A DNA stretch of 62,144 nucleotides, filler included, from Stramenopiles sp. TOSAG23-3 (GCA_900128585.1; 6 parts of 6 records of this genome joined end to end with filler, not necessarily neighbours in it), one strand, 5' to 3'. Shown: positions 32,355 through 43,592, numbered from the whole stretch's first letter. Notes: a model not told the origin generated them from the letters alone. Numbers and translations: made by a program.

Positions 32355-35315
32355 ATGCAGATGGGTACAGGTGCTTCATCAACCCTTTCTGAATATACGC
32401 CAGACACGGGGCCAACGGTGTGTTCGCCGTTTGACCTTGACTCGGCGGCGTCAATTGTCGATGGGATACCGTTGGATCGTCGGATTGTGCTTTTGGGAGA
32501 GTCTACCCATGGCACGGAAGAGTTCTATAGAACTCGCGTTGCTATCACGAAACGGTTGATTGAAGAGCGTGGCTTCACCGCGGTTGTTTTCGAAGGGGAC
32601 TGGCCGTTCTTTGAGACTGTGGCAAAGTATGCCAAGGGAAAGACGCAAAATCCTTCCCCGTATCCTGCGAAGGAGATATTTCCACCTTGGATGTGGCGAA
32701 ACCAGTGCATGAAAGAATTTTTCGACTGGTGCAAGCTTAGGTCGGACGAAAAAACACCAGAACTATTTGGTATGGATTGCTACGCATTGTTTGAGTCAAA
32801 GCGTCTATTGTTGGAGTTTTTGGAAAAGCACGACCCGGTCTTCCACAAAGAAGTGGCGGGGCGCCTGGCTTTCATTGACAAATTTACAGACGCGCACGCT
32901 TACGGGGATGCGGTGGTCAACGGCAACCTTGGTCGTATTGCACATCATGTCCAAGACACGCTGACGAAAATACAGTCTCGGCTTCAATGGAATTCGGACA
33001 AGTACGAGTGTACTCCCTTAGAGCGGTTGAACGCCGAGCAGAATTGCGAAGTCGTCATTGCTGCAGACGAATATTACCGCAAATGCGTCTCCGAGCCTGC
33101 GGGTTCCCAGGCCTCTTGGAACGCCCGGGACCAGCACATGACCACTACGCTACTTCGAATCCAGGCGCACTTGAGCGACCCAAAAATAATTGTGTGGGCG
33201 CACAACTCTCACGTCGGAGACTCTACTGCGACTACTAGAGGCGGAGATTCCTTTGAAAAGAACGAGACATGGAATTTGGGACAAATGGTGCGAGCCACAT
33301 TTGGGCACCACAAGACTTGGATCGTCGGGCAATACACGTACGGTGGGACTGTGACGGCGGCCCAGCGATGGGGAGGCGAGCATGAAGATCGCAAGTTAAA
33401 CCCTGCGCTTCCAGATTCGTACGAAGGTGCCCTTCATCGTGAAGTTCAGCCTCACATGGGCAATGCGATTGGGTTTTATTTCGCCACCGCCCCGTTCGCC
33501 GATCCTGAGGGGAAAGAAGAATCGAAAGAGGGAGCCGTGGGGGGCACTTTCAGCGCTGCGCGCGCCTGCGTACGGGCGGCATTGAAGGCGAACGAACCCG
33601 TTGCAAGAGCGCTGACAGAAATTCTTCAGCCGAGTGTCTCACGGTTGCAGCGGTGGGTCGGTGTCAGCTACAAAGCGGACACGGAACGGCAAAGCCACTA
33701 CGGGGCTTTGGTGTTGAGTCAGTGTTACGATCAGATCGTGTACGTGCACTCTACCCGCGGCCTTCTCCCGATCGTGAAAGTGAAAAAAATTGCCGATGCG
33801 CCTGATCCGAAGGGAAAGAGTGTGTCAGCCACGTCCATAAATACGCGCTCTACAAACAAGCGGTTGCTGAAGGAATACCGCCGAATCTTAAAGTCAAAAC
33901 CGCCAGGGATAGAGGCGAGGCCAAGTGAGACCACAATGCTGGAATGGCATTTCGTGTTAAGTATGGACAAACCCCCGTACACTGGAGGCAGTTACCACGG
34001 CCTTCTTAAATTTCCACCAGAGTACCCCATGCGACCGCCCGAATTTCGCATGATAACGCCAAGCGGAAGGTTTGAAACGAACACACGATTGTGCCTTTCC
34101 ATGTCTGACTACCACCCCGAGTCTTGGAACCCAGGCTGGAGCGTAGAAACGATGCTGGTTGGTTTGCAGTCGTTCATGTACGAGGAATCGCATGCGATTG
34201 GGTACATTTCGGCGTCAACAGCGACGCGGCAAAAGTTTGCCAAGCAGAGCCACGAGTTCAACGCTAGCAACCCTACCTTTGTCGAAATATTCGGGGACTA
34301 CGATTATGAGGCAGCAATTGCGGCGTGCGGGAAAGCGCAGCACGAGGAGGAAGTGGGCGTGCAAGAATCCGTCTGTCGATTTTGTTTGTCATCAGAGGGG
34401 GAGTTGATCTCGCCATGCATGTGCCGTGGGTCGAACGAATGGGTTCATTTGGAGTGCTTGCGCCAATGGCAGAAAAACGTTCTGTTGACTCAATCAACGC
34501 ACCCCAAGTACCAAACCTCGATTGACCGCATCTGCAACGTTTGCTTGGAACCATTTACGGGGAAGGGCATCCCGATTAGTCGACACGAGCAGATCATGTC
34601 GTACATTGGTGGCGAAGAGATTGCGGGGATGGTGAAAGCGGGAAACCTGTTGGTGTCTACAAGGGAGTCTTCGCGCGAAAATTTAGAACTGATTGCCCAG
34701 CATCCCGAAATAACATCGCGGCTCATGACGTGGACAAAGGCCGTTTTTCTCATGATAAACAGGGGCAGAAATGGCGGCCTGTTGGCGGTGTCATGCTCTC
34801 AACCGATTGACGACCCTCCGGCAGACAGTATGCTCAGTAGAAAAGAAAGAAAGTTGTGGGCAGAGAGGAAGAAGAAAGGGGCGAAGAAGGGCTGGACCAT
34901 CCAGCACTATGATGGCGGGCCAATGGAACGGGGAGAGGGAATGTGCGTTGTGCACGTGAAAGCAGAAGCAGAAGTCGATTTCAATAGAAAGGGCCTGTTT
35001 GTGCCTCCCCATTTTGTGTACGGCGAGTACGAAGTTGTTGAAAAAATCCTGCAGAAACACAGCCTTTCGGCTGGCAACGATTTTTCGACCAAAATTCATG
35101 TTATTTGGGGATGTGGGGGCTGGGGCGGCACGCAATTACTTGCCGAGATTGCCAGAGGGGGCTGGGGATTGGTAGAACGCAAAGATTATTTAGCGAGCAG
35201 GCCAGACCCCGCCATGCCAACGGATTTCGAATTGGATTTCGATTGGAGCAGGATGATATCCATGGCGAAATGTGCCCCCAAAACGGAGTACACACGAGGG
35301 CGAAAGAAAAGGTAG
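32355..35315 (+). CDS. Erythromycin-esterase-like + Ubc6/UBE2J-type E2 + RING-CH + DUF179-like multidomain protein
   Basis: Ere: LLGESTHGTEEFY, EGDW, FPPWMWRN, SWNARDQHM, VWAHNSHVGD; E2: KRLLKEY, YPMRPP, TPSGRF, RLCLSMSDYHPESWNPGW; RING-CH: CRFC..CMC..H..C..CNVC; DUF179-like: GGPM..WGCGGWGGTQLLAEIARGGW. Confidence 0.9.
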   Translation: MQMGTGASSTLSEYTPDTGPTVCSPFDLDSAASIVDGIPLDRRIVLLGESTHGTEEFYRTRVAITKRLIEERGFTAVVFEGDWPFFETVAKYAKGKTQNPSPYPAKEIFPPWMWRNQCMKEFFDWCKLRSDEKTPELFGMDCYALFESKRLLLEFLEKHDPVFHKEVAGRLAFIDKFTDAHAYGDAVVNGNLGRIAHHVQDTLTKIQSRLQWNSDKYECTPLERLNAEQNCEVVIAADEYYRKCVSEPAGSQASWNARDQHMTTTLLRIQAHLSDPKIIVWAHNSHVGDSTATTRGGDSFEKNETWNLGQMVRATFGHHKTWIVGQYTYGGTVTAAQRWGGEHEDRKLNPALPDSYEGALHREVQPHMGNAIGFYFATAPFADPEGKEESKEGAVGGTFSAARACVRAALKANEPVARALTEILQPSVSRLQRWVGVSYKADTERQSHYGALVLSQCYDQIVYVHSTRGLLPIVKVKKIADAPDPKGKSVSATSINTRSTNKRLLKEYRRILKSKPPGIEARPSETTMLEWHFVLSMDKPPYTGGSYHGLLKFPPEYPMRPPEFRMITPSGRFETNTRLCLSMSDYHPESWNPGWSVETMLVGLQSFMYEESHAIGYISASTATRQKFAKQSHEFNASNPTFVEIFGDYDYEAAIAACGKAQHEEEVGVQESVCRFCLSSEGELISPCMCRGSNEWVHLECLRQWQKNVLLTQSTHPKYQTSIDRICNVCLEPFTGKGIPISRHEQIMSYIGGEEIAGMVKAGNLLVSTRESSRENLELIAQHPEITSRLMTWTKAVFLMINRGRNGGLLAVSCSQPIDDPPADSMLSRKERKLWAERKKKGAKKGWTIQHYDGGPMERGEGMCVVHVKAEAEVDFNRKGLFVPPHFVYGEYEVVEKILQKHSLSAGNDFSTKIHVIWGCGGWGGTQLLAEIARGGWGLVERKDYLASRPDPAMPTDFELDFDWSRMISMAKCAPKTEYTRGRKKR

Positions 35316-35821
35316 CACGTGCTGCTTAGTGGCGTTCAAGACAAATTTACGTACGAAGAGATAAGTAACCAATACAAAAAAAATTCAAAATCGACGTGAT
35401 AGATATAATAAATAATATTATATAATATCCTGTATTATTATAATATATCCTCCTGTATAATAATATGTAGTAATAAATAAATAAGTTCTTAGAATAATAA
35501 TAAAAACAATCTCCTATAATATTAATAATAATCCTAAGATTATAAAAAATAAGGTCACACAGCATCAAACAAAAATATTATAAAAAATATTTAATTTTAT
35601 TATTATTATTACTGTATTATATTAGATAAATATTAGATAAATGGGGAGTAGTAAGGTTTAAATTTAAATTATACCTCTTGATTCTTGATGATGGAAAAAA
35701 TCGGTGTGTTCGAAAGAGGTGAAGAGAACAGAGTCGTATCAGTAGCCACCAATTGAAACCGTACACCATTAAAGCAAATTGGAGGTTGTTTTGGCTGTAA
35801 CATCTGCGTAGTAGTACTAAA

Positions 35822-37120
35822 ATGGCGGGGCGGTCGGCGGATATCCCAGGCTCTGTGGGCGAAGCTGCCGTGGCAACCCTTAGAAACACCGAGTCTCACA
35901 ATAGTTGGGTGGAGCCCAAGTTGCAGAAGACCGGGGCAGGCCCTCCGCCCGCTCTAATGTCGAACAATGAACCGGTTTTGAACAAAGCGGAACGGTACAG
36001 TTTGCCCAAGGAGGCATATGTATTTTTGACGTGCATCAGTGTTTGCAACCTGCTTGTCTTTATCGAGCGCTGCATTATCCTGCTGGCAGCCCTGGCGGAC
36101 GATGACGGTGACCAGTTCTACGGAATGTCGGCGTTCGCTTTGGCACTTACGTTTTCCCTATGTGTCGGAAACCAGTACATGGCATGGGTGTACGTTACAA
36201 GAGTAAACGTTTACATGATGATCAACTTCTTCTTGTCCTTCACTCTCCTGGTGGGGTACCACTCCCTGTATGCACTGAACCACGAGGCCCGGTGCTCCGA
36301 GCGCGACCGGATAGAAGATGTGTGCCTCCTTACCTTTTACCTTTTGGTAGCCTTCTACGTCGTGATCGCAGTCATCTTTGCTAAACTCCGGGAGAGTATG
36401 GCATGGCTATTTTTCAAACGTGCAGGGGCGAACCCAAAGTTGAGGAAACTGTACAATGCGTACCTTTTGATTCGGAGTTCCTTTTCTTTGAATATCTTGT
36501 GTGCAGTGCTCGTGCTGGTGTCTACATGGAAACTGGTCGTCTTGCAGCACACCGTAATGAAGGAGGGTCTGGCGTTGGGGATTGTCGCCATGGTGGGAGT
36601 TACGGTCGTGATATCAATGGCAGAAATATACGGTAAGATTTGGCTCAGGAGCGGGATCGAGGGGGAGGACCATGGTTGGATCAGACGGTACAAATTTTGC
36701 AGTTGCGTTTTGCCACTGTTCACCATCGGCGTGCTCTGTTGGGGCAACATTGTCCATGTAGAATTGTTTAAATCTGGCAAACTGGTGTACAATTCGACGG
36801 ACGAAAGTACCAAGAAAATAGAGACGCACTCTGATGCTGAATTTTTGTTTGCGTTGGTGTCGACATCATTGCTCTGCTGCATCGTCCTTGTGATGCGCGT
36901 TTTAGTGTGGTGGAAGCTTGCTTACCTAACGAACAACTTTGGCAGCGGTTTGCCCGAGAAAGTGTTGCAAGACAAGTTCTTCTTTTCATTCGAACGCACG
37001 TGCCCACTGGTTGCAAAGCACTTGTGCTGCAATGAACAAAGCACTCGAACTGATGAAAACCTTGGGCGAAGTTCGCGTCGATACAAAAGCAAGCCCAAGG
37101 TTGGCGGCCATGGAAGCTAA
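35822..37120 (+). CDS. Multi-pass membrane protein of unknown function
   Basis: 432-aa ORF with roughly eight hydrophobic segments. Confidence 0.78.
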   Translation: MAGRSADIPGSVGEAAVATLRNTESHNSWVEPKLQKTGAGPPPALMSNNEPVLNKAERYSLPKEAYVFLTCISVCNLLVFIERCIILLAALADDDGDQFYGMSAFALALTFSLCVGNQYMAWVYVTRVNVYMMINFFLSFTLLVGYHSLYALNHEARCSERDRIEDVCLLTFYLLVAFYVVIAVIFAKLRESMAWLFFKRAGANPKLRKLYNAYLLIRSSFSLNILCAVLVLVSTWKLVVLQHTVMKEGLALGIVAMVGVTVVISMAEIYGKIWLRSGIEGEDHGWIRRYKFCSCVLPLFTIGVLCWGNIVHVELFKSGKLVYNSTDESTKKIETHSDAEFLFALVSTSLLCCIVLVMRVLVWWKLAYLTNNFGSGLPEKVLQDKFFFSFERTCPLVAKHLCCNEQSTRTDENLGRSSRRYKSKPKVGGHGS

Positions 37121-37456
37121 CAGCAAACCAAAAGACGAGTACGTGTTAATGTAAAGATTGAAATTCGTAATAAGCCTCAATCCTCCTCAAAAAATAATAC
37201 CGTCGATGATGAAAATGGTTCTTCCTCCTGTATGTATTATCAATGCTGTGTAATGTAATATATTTTAATGCTGTATAATGTAAAAGATACATGTAATTGA
37301 ATTCAAAAAATACATTTAAAAAAAAAAAGAAAAGAAGGAAGACGAACGGAATATATTATTGACTAACTAGTCTATATTAATATTATACATAGGAATACCA
37401 TATAACAAACAAGAAAGAAAATTATTTAAATTATTTTAATAATATTAATAATAATA

Positions 37457-37556
37457 NNNNNNNNNNNNNNNNNNNNNNNNNNNNNNNNNNNNNNNNNNNN
37501 TTAATTAATTAANNNNNNNNNNNNNNNNNNNNNNNNNNNNNNNNNNNNNNNNNNNN
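37457..37556. other. Artificial contig-joining linker
   Basis: N44-TTAATTAATTAA-N44. Confidence 0.97.
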
Positions 37557-37558
37557 CG

Positions 37559-37840
37559 AAAACGCATTCTATCGAAGCGAGTGATATCGACGACATTCGA
37601 GTATTCGGTGAAAAATCTGTGCACCACATAATGAAACCCATGGTCAAATTACTGAAAGTGCGCAAAAACGCTAGACATGTCCATGGTGCCATTGGCCTGA
37701 TAGTTGGCGATTACATAGAACGTGTGTCCACTTTTGCAGTTGGTCCTGACCGTGTTTGCTCTTTTCTTCTTTGCGTTGGAAGTGAAGTCGCATGGAAATC
37801 CTTCAAAAAGTCGTACGAAACTGAATCGACTGAATTGTGA
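37559..37840 (+). CDS. 3' fragment of a gene truncated by the contig start
   Basis: Frame open from the contig edge (KTHSIEASDIDDIRVFGE...ESTEL*); composition turns AT-rich right after the stop. Confidence 0.6.
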   Translation, partial: KTHSIEASDIDDIRVFGEKSVHHIMKPMVKLLKVRKNARHVHGAIGLIVGDYIERVSTFAVGPDRVCSFLLCVGSEVAWKSFKKSYETESTEL

Positions 37841-37944
37841 AAGTATTACACACTCCTAGTACCAAGTAGTAGAGATATTATTTTCACCAAGAGATGTTTT
37901 TATAAAAAGTATTTAAAAAAACCAAAATATAAAGTATTTAATAC

Positions 37945-38041
37945 AACAAATTATATAGTATTGGGTATGTTTTAATAAGCAAAAAAAGAAAAGAAAAAAG
38001 AAGGTAGTTATGATAAAACCGTTCTTCAAGAACCCAAACTC
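37945..38041. repeat. Dispersed repeat block, inverted copy of 56236-56312
   Basis: GTATGTTTT..CAAAAAAAGAAAAGAAAAAAGAAGGTA..AAAACCGTTC..AAGAACCCAAACTC matches the reverse complement of the start of contig 4. Confidence 0.75.
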
Positions 38042-38626
38042 CTCCTTGTAAAACTAGTATTTAATTAATTATACTGAGATTAATATGTGTTCTCTCTGTG
38101 TTCCCAATGCTAAGCCAATTGGATTAGGCATCCGCTTTCGAAAACGATTACAACACACACAATCTGTATTTTACTTTTTGTAGTAGTTGCCGAAACAATT
38201 TGATAATATCTTTATTTATTATTATTTTTTTACAAAACAAAATTGAAAAAAAAAAACAAAAACAAATCTCATCAATCAAACACAACAATAAACAAAGTCC
38301 TTCTTTTTGTTTTTTGGTGGTCGGGCGGGATGAAAAATCAAATTTTAATGCTGTGCCCATTCTACGTTTTTTTTTTTTTTCGAAGGCCAAACCTCCTCCC
38401 ACAGGCGCACAGCGGAGCGAACGTTTGAGATGAGATAATACGCACACACTCGACGAGCCCTCTCTCTTTTTTTTAATATAACAATCGACGAAGAAAACGC
38501 GATTGCTGTGTGTTCATAGAATGGAACTGAAAACTGAGCAACAAGTAGTCTTCTTTCTTTTTCTACCATCTACTCACTGCAGGAAGACGGGAGAATTGAC
38601 CATTGAAGTGCGCGGCCCGTTGAGCC

Positions 38627-39223
38627 ATGGGCATTTGGTCCCGGTTCAACCGCGCCGTGGTCGCGAACGCGCTGGCTTTTTCAATTGCGTTTGGGGGGTT
38701 GAAGAATGCTACCGCTGACTACATGATTCAAACTCGCTTTGAAGACGCAAAAGAGAACGGGGGTGTTTCAATGAAGAGATTGGTAACGTTTACTACGTTT
38801 GGGCTTTTTTATGTAGGCGGTGTTCAGTACATAGTTTTTAATCGGATGTTGCCAAGATTTTTGCCGGGTTTGTTGGAGGGAAAAAACATAAAGGCGGCTA
38901 TTTCTGCAGTTGCGTTTGACCAGGCGATACATATGCCGTTTATGTACTTGCCTTCGTTCTACTTATTTCGAGAATGTGGGTTAGGAAGTGGTACTTCGCT
39001 TAGCTCGATTGGGAAAAATGCGTACAATGAGTGGACCAATGGCTTTGGGTCGGACATGCTGGCGTCCATGTGTGTGTTTATTCCTGTGCAGGGTTTGAAT
39101 TTCTTTTTCATCCCTCCGCACTTTAGAGTTCCGCTTTTGACGTCTGTCGGGTTCGGTTGGGTCATGGGGCTTAGCTACTTTCGAGGAAAGTATGGGAACG
39201 CTGATCAAGGAAGTGCAGAGTGA
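38627..39223 (+). CDS. Mpv17/PMP22 family membrane protein
   Basis: ADYMIQ, KRLVTFTTFG, FDQAIHMP, FIPVQGLNFFFIPPHFRVP...GWVMGLSY. Confidence 0.9.
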   Translation: MGIWSRFNRAVVANALAFSIAFGGLKNATADYMIQTRFEDAKENGGVSMKRLVTFTTFGLFYVGGVQYIVFNRMLPRFLPGLLEGKNIKAAISAVAFDQAIHMPFMYLPSFYLFRECGLGSGTSLSSIGKNAYNEWTNGFGSDMLASMCVFIPVQGLNFFFIPPHFRVPLLTSVGFGWVMGLSYFRGKYGNADQGSAE

Positions 39224-39565
39224 GCGTGGTAGCAAAGAAGAAGTTCTGACATTTGTTGTGGAAACATTCGCTAACTGCCCCTTTATAGAGCCAGTGGTTT
39301 GCAAAAACTGGGACCTGAATAATCGAAGGAGTATGGTGAAGTTTTAAATTTAAAAAAATAAAATAAAAGATTGCATCTCACATCACAATCTCACAATCGC
39401 TTCTATTGCGTACACAGTGCACGCCTGTTTTATTAAAAAATATTACCCTGTTAGCAGATAGTTTTAAATTTTAGGGAAAAGTTTACAACGATCCAATTTG
39501 AAATGCACTATGCATTTTGGTTTTTGGTTTTTAATTTTGTTAATTAAGAGAAAGTTATACCTAAA

Positions 39566-39961
39566 CTAGGCAAACAGGCCGCCGAAAATGTTTCTGGTCG
39601 TTCCAAAACTTCCCTTCTGGTCGGATATTTTTTGGTTTACAGAACCTTGGAAACAACTGACATGACTGACAACCACTGGTGCTGTCGAGGGTCTGTCTGC
39701 CCTCATCACAATGGTCGACTGTGTGCTATCACCGGAGAGGCGAATGTCAGCACTATTCTTGAGCTTTTCGATCCTTCGTAGATATGCTGTATTCGGCCTT
39801 GCGCTTGCACCTTTCAGTGGGCACACCGTGTTCATTCCACTTCGGCGCAAGCCTTGGTTTGAGTTTCTGCTGCTCCCCCGACGTTGCTGAATGAGATAAG
39901 GCGACCTTTTTCTAAAGTTTTTCGTTTTCTCAACGTACAATCGATCCCATACGGACGACAT
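39566..39961 (-). CDS. Small basic hypothetical protein, possibly a first exon
   Basis: ATG-initiated 131-aa ORF (MSSVWDRLY..., RPSTAP) in a GC-richer island. Confidence 0.5.
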   Translation of the reverse strand: MSSVWDRLYVEKTKNFRKRSPYLIQQRRGSSRNSNQGLRRSGMNTVCPLKGASARPNTAYLRRIEKLKNSADIRLSGDSTQSTIVMRADRPSTAPVVVSHVSCFQGSVNQKISDQKGSFGTTRNIFGGLFA

Positions 39962-40344
39962 GCTGATCCTTTTCTTCCTTGTGAATGCGATTAAATAAAG
40001 TTAGTGGACCTCGTACACTCCTTGACTCGTTTAAAACGAAGAAGGCGAAGAAGGCGTCTGTTGGTATAAAAGATATATGAAAATGGATGAATTGTGTTTG
40101 AAAGAATTCGATAAGAAGGATTTGACTTGTTTTATGTTGTGTTCAAATCATCATGCAGCATGATGCTCCTCTATCTAAATAGGCAAGCAGAGGCATGGCC
40201 ATTTACTTCTTTTTGTGTTGTGAGTTGTGAGTGAGGAGTAATGTGGAGAGTGTGTAAGTTTATTCTTTCCTTTGTTTTATTATGGTGTGTGCATGTAAAT
40301 AATCTTCATAAAATAATAAGCAAAAAATGTACAAAAAAATGAAT

Positions 40345-40575
40345 GAAGAAGAGAGAAGAAGAAGAAGAAGAAGACAGAAGAAGAAGAAGAAGAAGAAGAA
40401 GAAGAAGAAGAAGAAGAAGAAGAAGAAGAAGAAGAAGAAGAAAAAGATGAAGAAAGAAGAAGAAGAAGAAAAAGATGAAGAAAGAAGAAAAAGAAGAAGA
40501 AGAAGAAAGAAAAAGAAGAAGAAGAAGAAGAAGAAGAAGAAGAAGAANNNNNNNNNNNNNNNNNNNNNNNGAAGA
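40345..40575. repeat. (GAA)n microsatellite containing a 23-N scaffold gap
   Basis: Long GAA run; N at 40548-40570. Confidence 0.95.
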
Positions 40576-41318
40576 ATTTTGGATATTTTGTTGTTTGTTT
40601 GTTGAGCTTTTTTAAAACAGCACATAACTGGAAAAATCAATCAATTTAATAAAAGAAAAAAGAAAAAAATATTTAAAAAAAAAGGGGGGGGGAGGGTTGG
40701 GAGTTGTACTACGTACTTCGTACAAATAGACATGTGCCGTGTAGTTAAGATAAGAATAGAATGAGGAGGGGGGAATTGATGACTTAATATGTAATATAAT
40801 GTAGTTTAAAGTAGGTAATATAGGGTTAAGGTTAGGGTGATGCGATGCGATTTTAAGAGGCGGGGGCGGAGGAGGGTATTTAATAGAAGATTTATTTATA
40901 TCTAATATAAGTGAGTCATACTATCTCTATATATATATTTAATTAAATTTCATTTTTTATATACAGAATACAGATAAAATATATTTATTAATTCCCCATT
41001 CCCCATCTCAATGTGATGTTGTGTCTATATTCAACTATTTTTTTCCTCTTTTTGATCCATCCTTCCCTCCCCCTCATCACTCAAACAAAAATGTGAAGAA
41101 TGAAGAATGTGATGATGATAAAATGGTAATAAAATATATATAAAATATATAATTATCCATCCGTCCCATATATTTATTATCTCTCTCCGCCTTACATTCC
41201 ACTGGGTTATCTTTTTTAAACGTTTCCATCCAGTAGAACAACAGTTGGTCACAGCGTTTAAATAACAAAAAGGCATTTGTAGGAGGAGAAAGTTTGACCC
41301 CACCACCACCGTCGAAAC

Positions 41319-42596
41319 ATGGCCTCCACCACGAACAACCCAGTCTCTCCCTTTCCAGCGACCCCCCCTGCTGAACATGCTGCTGGTGGTGTGACAAACC
41401 CTATTGGGTTGCGACATGCAAAACAGCAGGTCGCACAGACAACGAATTTTAGTAATACAAATGAAATTCTTCGCCACGCATGGTCGAAATGCAATGGTTT
41501 GGTGCTGAAACACCATCTCGAGTCGTGCAACAAAGGGGCAGGGTGCCCGTTTACTTTAAAAGAGCACATCTTGCTCGTAATTGCCAAAGCGTGTGTGAAC
41601 AGTGCTAACTCCGGCAGAAAAAAATCCGGAGACAGGCTGGGGAAAGAGGGCACCGCAGAAGAAATTTGCGAAAAGATCTTGTCTTTGGAATCGCTGGTGA
41701 CAAGCGGAACCGGCGAGAAGGCAACCGCGATGCACTCGTCCGCGCCGGTGGCCATGACTGGCGCCAAAGTAAAGCAGCATAACGATAGCGAATGCCCTTA
41801 CAACAATTTTATCCTCAGAGGCACGGCCCCTCTCGACGACCTGAAAGCATTCTACCAGTATTTGACCGTAACGGAGACCCATGATATTAGTGAAAACGGT
41901 TTGCGCCATTTCATGCATTCCGGGTACAGCCGTACCCATCGCGTATATTTGCATTGGAGCATTCATTACGGGAAACGCCGCATCGGGGCCAAAGCAATAT
42001 CTGTCACTCCAAACGATGTCTTAAGTCAATTTAAAGGGGGCCTGTCCTCAAGTAAGCTTCCGCGGTCTCCGCGCGGAAAAAGACGCAAAAAGCAAGAAAA
42101 GGATGGTGCCCCATCTCATGCACGCGGGAGTACACCTGCGCAGAAACGAATAGAACGCGGGCAGCACATTGTTATGTACATCAAGCCAAAACAGCAGCAC
42201 TTCCTTGCGCGCGTCGTTTCCTTTGTGGAGGGCACGACCTACCAGTTAGGGTTTCAAGATGGAACCATCGAAACCTATGATTTGAGCAAAGAACTTTATT
42301 CGCTGGCCTCGGGGGCAGATGCTCGAAGCAATGGTCGGGTGAGCCATATAACCACACCTCTGAGCTCTGCAAGAAAACGAAGCCGAAACCCAAAGCTGTT
42401 GGCGACAAAAAAAGAGTCCCGTTCGCTTGCAAAGGAAATCGGAACCAGTGTTTGGAACGATTATAAATACGAATTAGGCCGGATGGGCTGGTCCGAGACC
42501 AGTGCAAGTGACTACCACCATTCCAGGTCACCAGCGTTTGATTTGCTCCACCAAGCGGCACTACTTTTGTCAAAAGAAGACAACACTCTTCAGTAA
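41319..42596 (+). CDS. Hypothetical, probably nuclear, protein with a possible Tudor-like domain
   Basis: 425-aa ORF; basic NLS-like RGKRRKK; GQHIVMYIKPKQQHFLARVVSF..YQLGFQDGTIETYDLSKE resembles Tudor-like beta-barrels (inference). Confidence 0.7.
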   Translation: MASTTNNPVSPFPATPPAEHAAGGVTNPIGLRHAKQQVAQTTNFSNTNEILRHAWSKCNGLVLKHHLESCNKGAGCPFTLKEHILLVIAKACVNSANSGRKKSGDRLGKEGTAEEICEKILSLESLVTSGTGEKATAMHSSAPVAMTGAKVKQHNDSECPYNNFILRGTAPLDDLKAFYQYLTVTETHDISENGLRHFMHSGYSRTHRVYLHWSIHYGKRRIGAKAISVTPNDVLSQFKGGLSSSKLPRSPRGKRRKKQEKDGAPSHARGSTPAQKRIERGQHIVMYIKPKQQHFLARVVSFVEGTTYQLGFQDGTIETYDLSKELYSLASGADARSNGRVSHITTPLSSARKRSRNPKLLATKKESRSLAKEIGTSVWNDYKYELGRMGWSETSASDYHHSRSPAFDLLHQAALLLSKEDNTLQ

Positions 42597-42710
42597 AACA
42601 ATTTGAACAGCGTGTTTTAAGTCCACACCACGCGCGATAGTCCCCCAAGATGTAAGATGGAATGAGAGAAGTATTTAATAATTACGAGTTAGTTTGATTG
42701 TGCGTTAATG

Positions 42711-42989
42711 AAAAACAAGAAAATTGGCTGTTATTTATGCTAAAACATACTATTATCATTAGGTTTTTTTTATGCGAACTGAAATCTACTAAACATTCGA
42801 GGTTTACATTCCTTGTGTGCGTTAATTAAGAAGTAAATTTTGTGGAAGACACAGAACGGCAAATTGTATTTTAAAACTTGACCTAAACCTCGAATGTCTA
42901 AAATTTAGAGTGCAGTTCGCAGTACATTAATTTTAATTACTCTAAATATAATTAGTTTTAAAAAAAATAAAAGCCAATTTTCTTGTTTT
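42711..42989. mobile_element. Foldback/MITE-like copy of the dispersed element
   Basis: Terminal motif at 42711-42733 (+) and 42972-42989 (-); internal inverted pair 42773-42806 / 42884-42921; matches 5741-5830. Confidence 0.7.
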
Positions 42990-43389
42990 AAAACTTGACC
43001 TTTTCAAGTTTTATCAAATGTCACTTTTTTTTATCAAATGTACGCGTAAGTTTACGAATTGAGGATTGATATTTCACACGTTTGTGTTCAATGTTAATGA
43101 ACGGGTGTGGTAAACTTAATTAACCCCATTAATAAAAACCTTTAACACACACATTAAAAGGTTGTCCCTTCAAATGTACTGCGAACATATCTCTGCTCCT
43201 GTAATCCATTAATCAATAAAATTACTCTTGTCACTTACTTGCTTTAGTCTTGACTAATCATTCTCTGGTGTGCTCCATGCAAATGATCCTTGTAACTTGG
43301 TTTCGTAACTTTTAAGATGTTTTTTCAAGAATTTCTTTACTAATGTGTATATTATCCATATATATAAAATCAAATTAAAAAACATCAAA

Positions 43390-43484
43390 AGATAGGATTA
43401 GGATTGGATTTGAAGTAGTATTTGATTTAAAATGAGAGTCTTAAAACATACTACTATATATAAAAACAAGAAAATTGGCTGTTA
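43390..43484. repeat. Further copy of the dispersed repeat family
   Basis: GATAGGATTAGGATTGG..TGATTTAAAATGAGAGTCTTAAAACATAC matches 5501-5567 and 21161-21207; exact motif at 43462-43484. Confidence 0.75.
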
Positions 43485-43592
43485 TTTAAGTAATTGATTT
43501 GTTTTTTTTATAAATTTGTATTTCTAAAAAGGTCGTAAAAAAAAGTTAAATTAAAACTTATTTCCACAAAAAAATATCGCTGACACCTTCTT

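Noticed and set aside
32355-33770. Erythromycin esterase as an antibiotic-resistance gene
   Set aside because: Family membership does not imply macrolide activity; many Ere-like proteins have other or unknown substrates, and there is no mobile context
40260-40640. Poly-K and poly-F ORFs
   Set aside because: Translations of the GAA microsatellite across an N gap
40821-40838. TAGGGTTAAGGTTAGGGT telomere-like sequence
   Set aside because: Only two or three imperfect units, internal to a contig
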